Positions 45,879 to 46,727 of a stretch of 46,727 nt of DNA are shown piece after piece. The stretch's first letter is position 1. Every line of letters starts with the position of its first letter. Source of the stretch: Nannocystales bacterium (GTDB lineage: Bacteria; Myxococcota_A; Polyangia; Nannocystales; Nannocystaceae); NCBI GenBank assembly GCA_050633305.1, contig JBOEGF010000049.1, forward strand, positions 1-46,727, given 5' to 3'. A model generated the notes under the pieces. It did no database searches and was not told the origin of the DNA. It saw nothing but the letters and a program-made list of their open reading frames with translations. A program made the translations under genes and the position numbers.

Positions 45879-46438
45879 AGCGGGGGACTTACCCCCGATT
45901 TCGGGTTCCGCCGCTCTGTTTGTGCAACACTCCGGGCGGGTCTGACGAGCCTCGGAAAGCATCGCCCCACACCTCGAGCCGATCCAAATCTGGTCTGCTG
46001 CCCGTGCACACAACCACGCGCATCGAGTTCACCTGATCCCGGCGGAAGGGCGAGGTTGCAGCGCAGGGACGACGAGGCGGTCGCGGAGTATGGATGCCCG
46101 GCCGAGCACGCCGAGCGTGTGGGCTTCACGGCCGAGGAGGTGCTGGCTCATGAACTCGCTGGACGTCACCACCTGGCCTGTGGCGACGAGCTGGGCGGTC
46201 GTCGCTCTCTCAACGAAGCGCGTCCGGCCTACGCGCGGTGAGGCCCGCTGGGAAAGTTCGCGCAGCTCCACGACCGGACGCAGACCGCGCCTCCTCACCC
46301 TTTCACTCCAGCAAAGGTGCAGACGGGGTCAGGGCGACGGGGAGTGTGCCGGCCGCTGGACTGGAGCTGCTCTACCGAAATCGCCGACGTATGCCATCTT
46401 TGCTTGCGACGAGGCTCCCGCGATGGTGTTCATGGGGG

Positions 46439-46727
46439 GTGAATATCTGGTGCTCGGCGGCGCGGCTGTTGGTCCTGGTGGCGTTCTCGGCGGGGTGTGG
46501 AGATGACAGCGGACCTGCTGATGGGGCCGAGCTCGGCGCATGCGTCGATGGGTTCTGCCACGCACCGCTGGTCTGCGCGCCCGAGGACGTCTGCGTGGAC
46601 CCGGCCCAGCTGGCCGAAGGTACGGAGACGGGTACGACGTCGACTTCGGGCGCGACAACAGCAGGCGCAGAGTCGGACGCATCCGCAGGCGACTCGTCGC
46701 CCGACGAAGGCGGAGGGGAAGAAGGCG
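46439..46727 (+). CDS. Cys-rich lipoprotein, N-terminal part (runs off the window; not in the ORF track)
   Basis: Manual translation VNIWCSAARLLVLVAFSAGC-GDDSG...ACVDGFCHAPLVC...VC, then S/T linker. Confidence 0.75.
   Translation, partial: MNIWCSAARLLVLVAFSAGCGDDSGPADGAELGACVDGFCHAPLVCAPEDVCVDPAQLAEGTETGTTSTSGATTAGAESDASAGDSSPDEGGGEEG

Noticed and set aside
45900..46320. Short ORFs on both strands (also 43967-44190)
   Set aside because: No recognisable domain or consistent frame; possibly decayed sequence

Overview
High-GC bacterial DNA whose gene content looks like a myxobacterium (Myxococcota, probably Nannocystaceae-like; inferred from protein families, not from a search). About 20 predicted lipoproteins, many with Ser/Thr-rich tethers or Cys-rich repeats, are interspersed with four ECF sigma-factor systems. 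Two are four-gene modules (ECF sigma, membrane anti-sigma with periplasmic TPR, putative outer-membrane beta-barrel, Cys-rich lipoprotein). One is an ECF sigma fused in-frame to its anti-sigma/TPR part. One is an ECF sigma plus anti-sigma plus a lipoprotein TPR-CHAT (caspase-like) protease. Two repeated bipartite promoter-like motifs are visible in the intergenic DNA: AACGGAT-N14-YCAY (3 copies, next to two closely related sigmas) and CCRTMAGR-N15-GCAAAG (4 copies, around the CHAT system), suggesting the local regulons. Other content: a tRNA-Ser(CGA)/tRNA-Ser(GGA)/SRP RNA cluster, an ATP-type phosphofructokinase, two paralogous secreted EF-hand proteins flanking a TetR-SRPBCC-VOC cassette, two Zn-ribbon/xYGV-motif lipoprotein paralogs, MarR-GNAT, a DHFR-like gene with a structured leader, hemolysin III, an acyltransferase/SDR pair and several apparently leaderless genes. 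I saw no CRISPR array, rRNA, transposase or integrase. All product calls come from reading motifs by eye, and many start codons were re-chosen manually.
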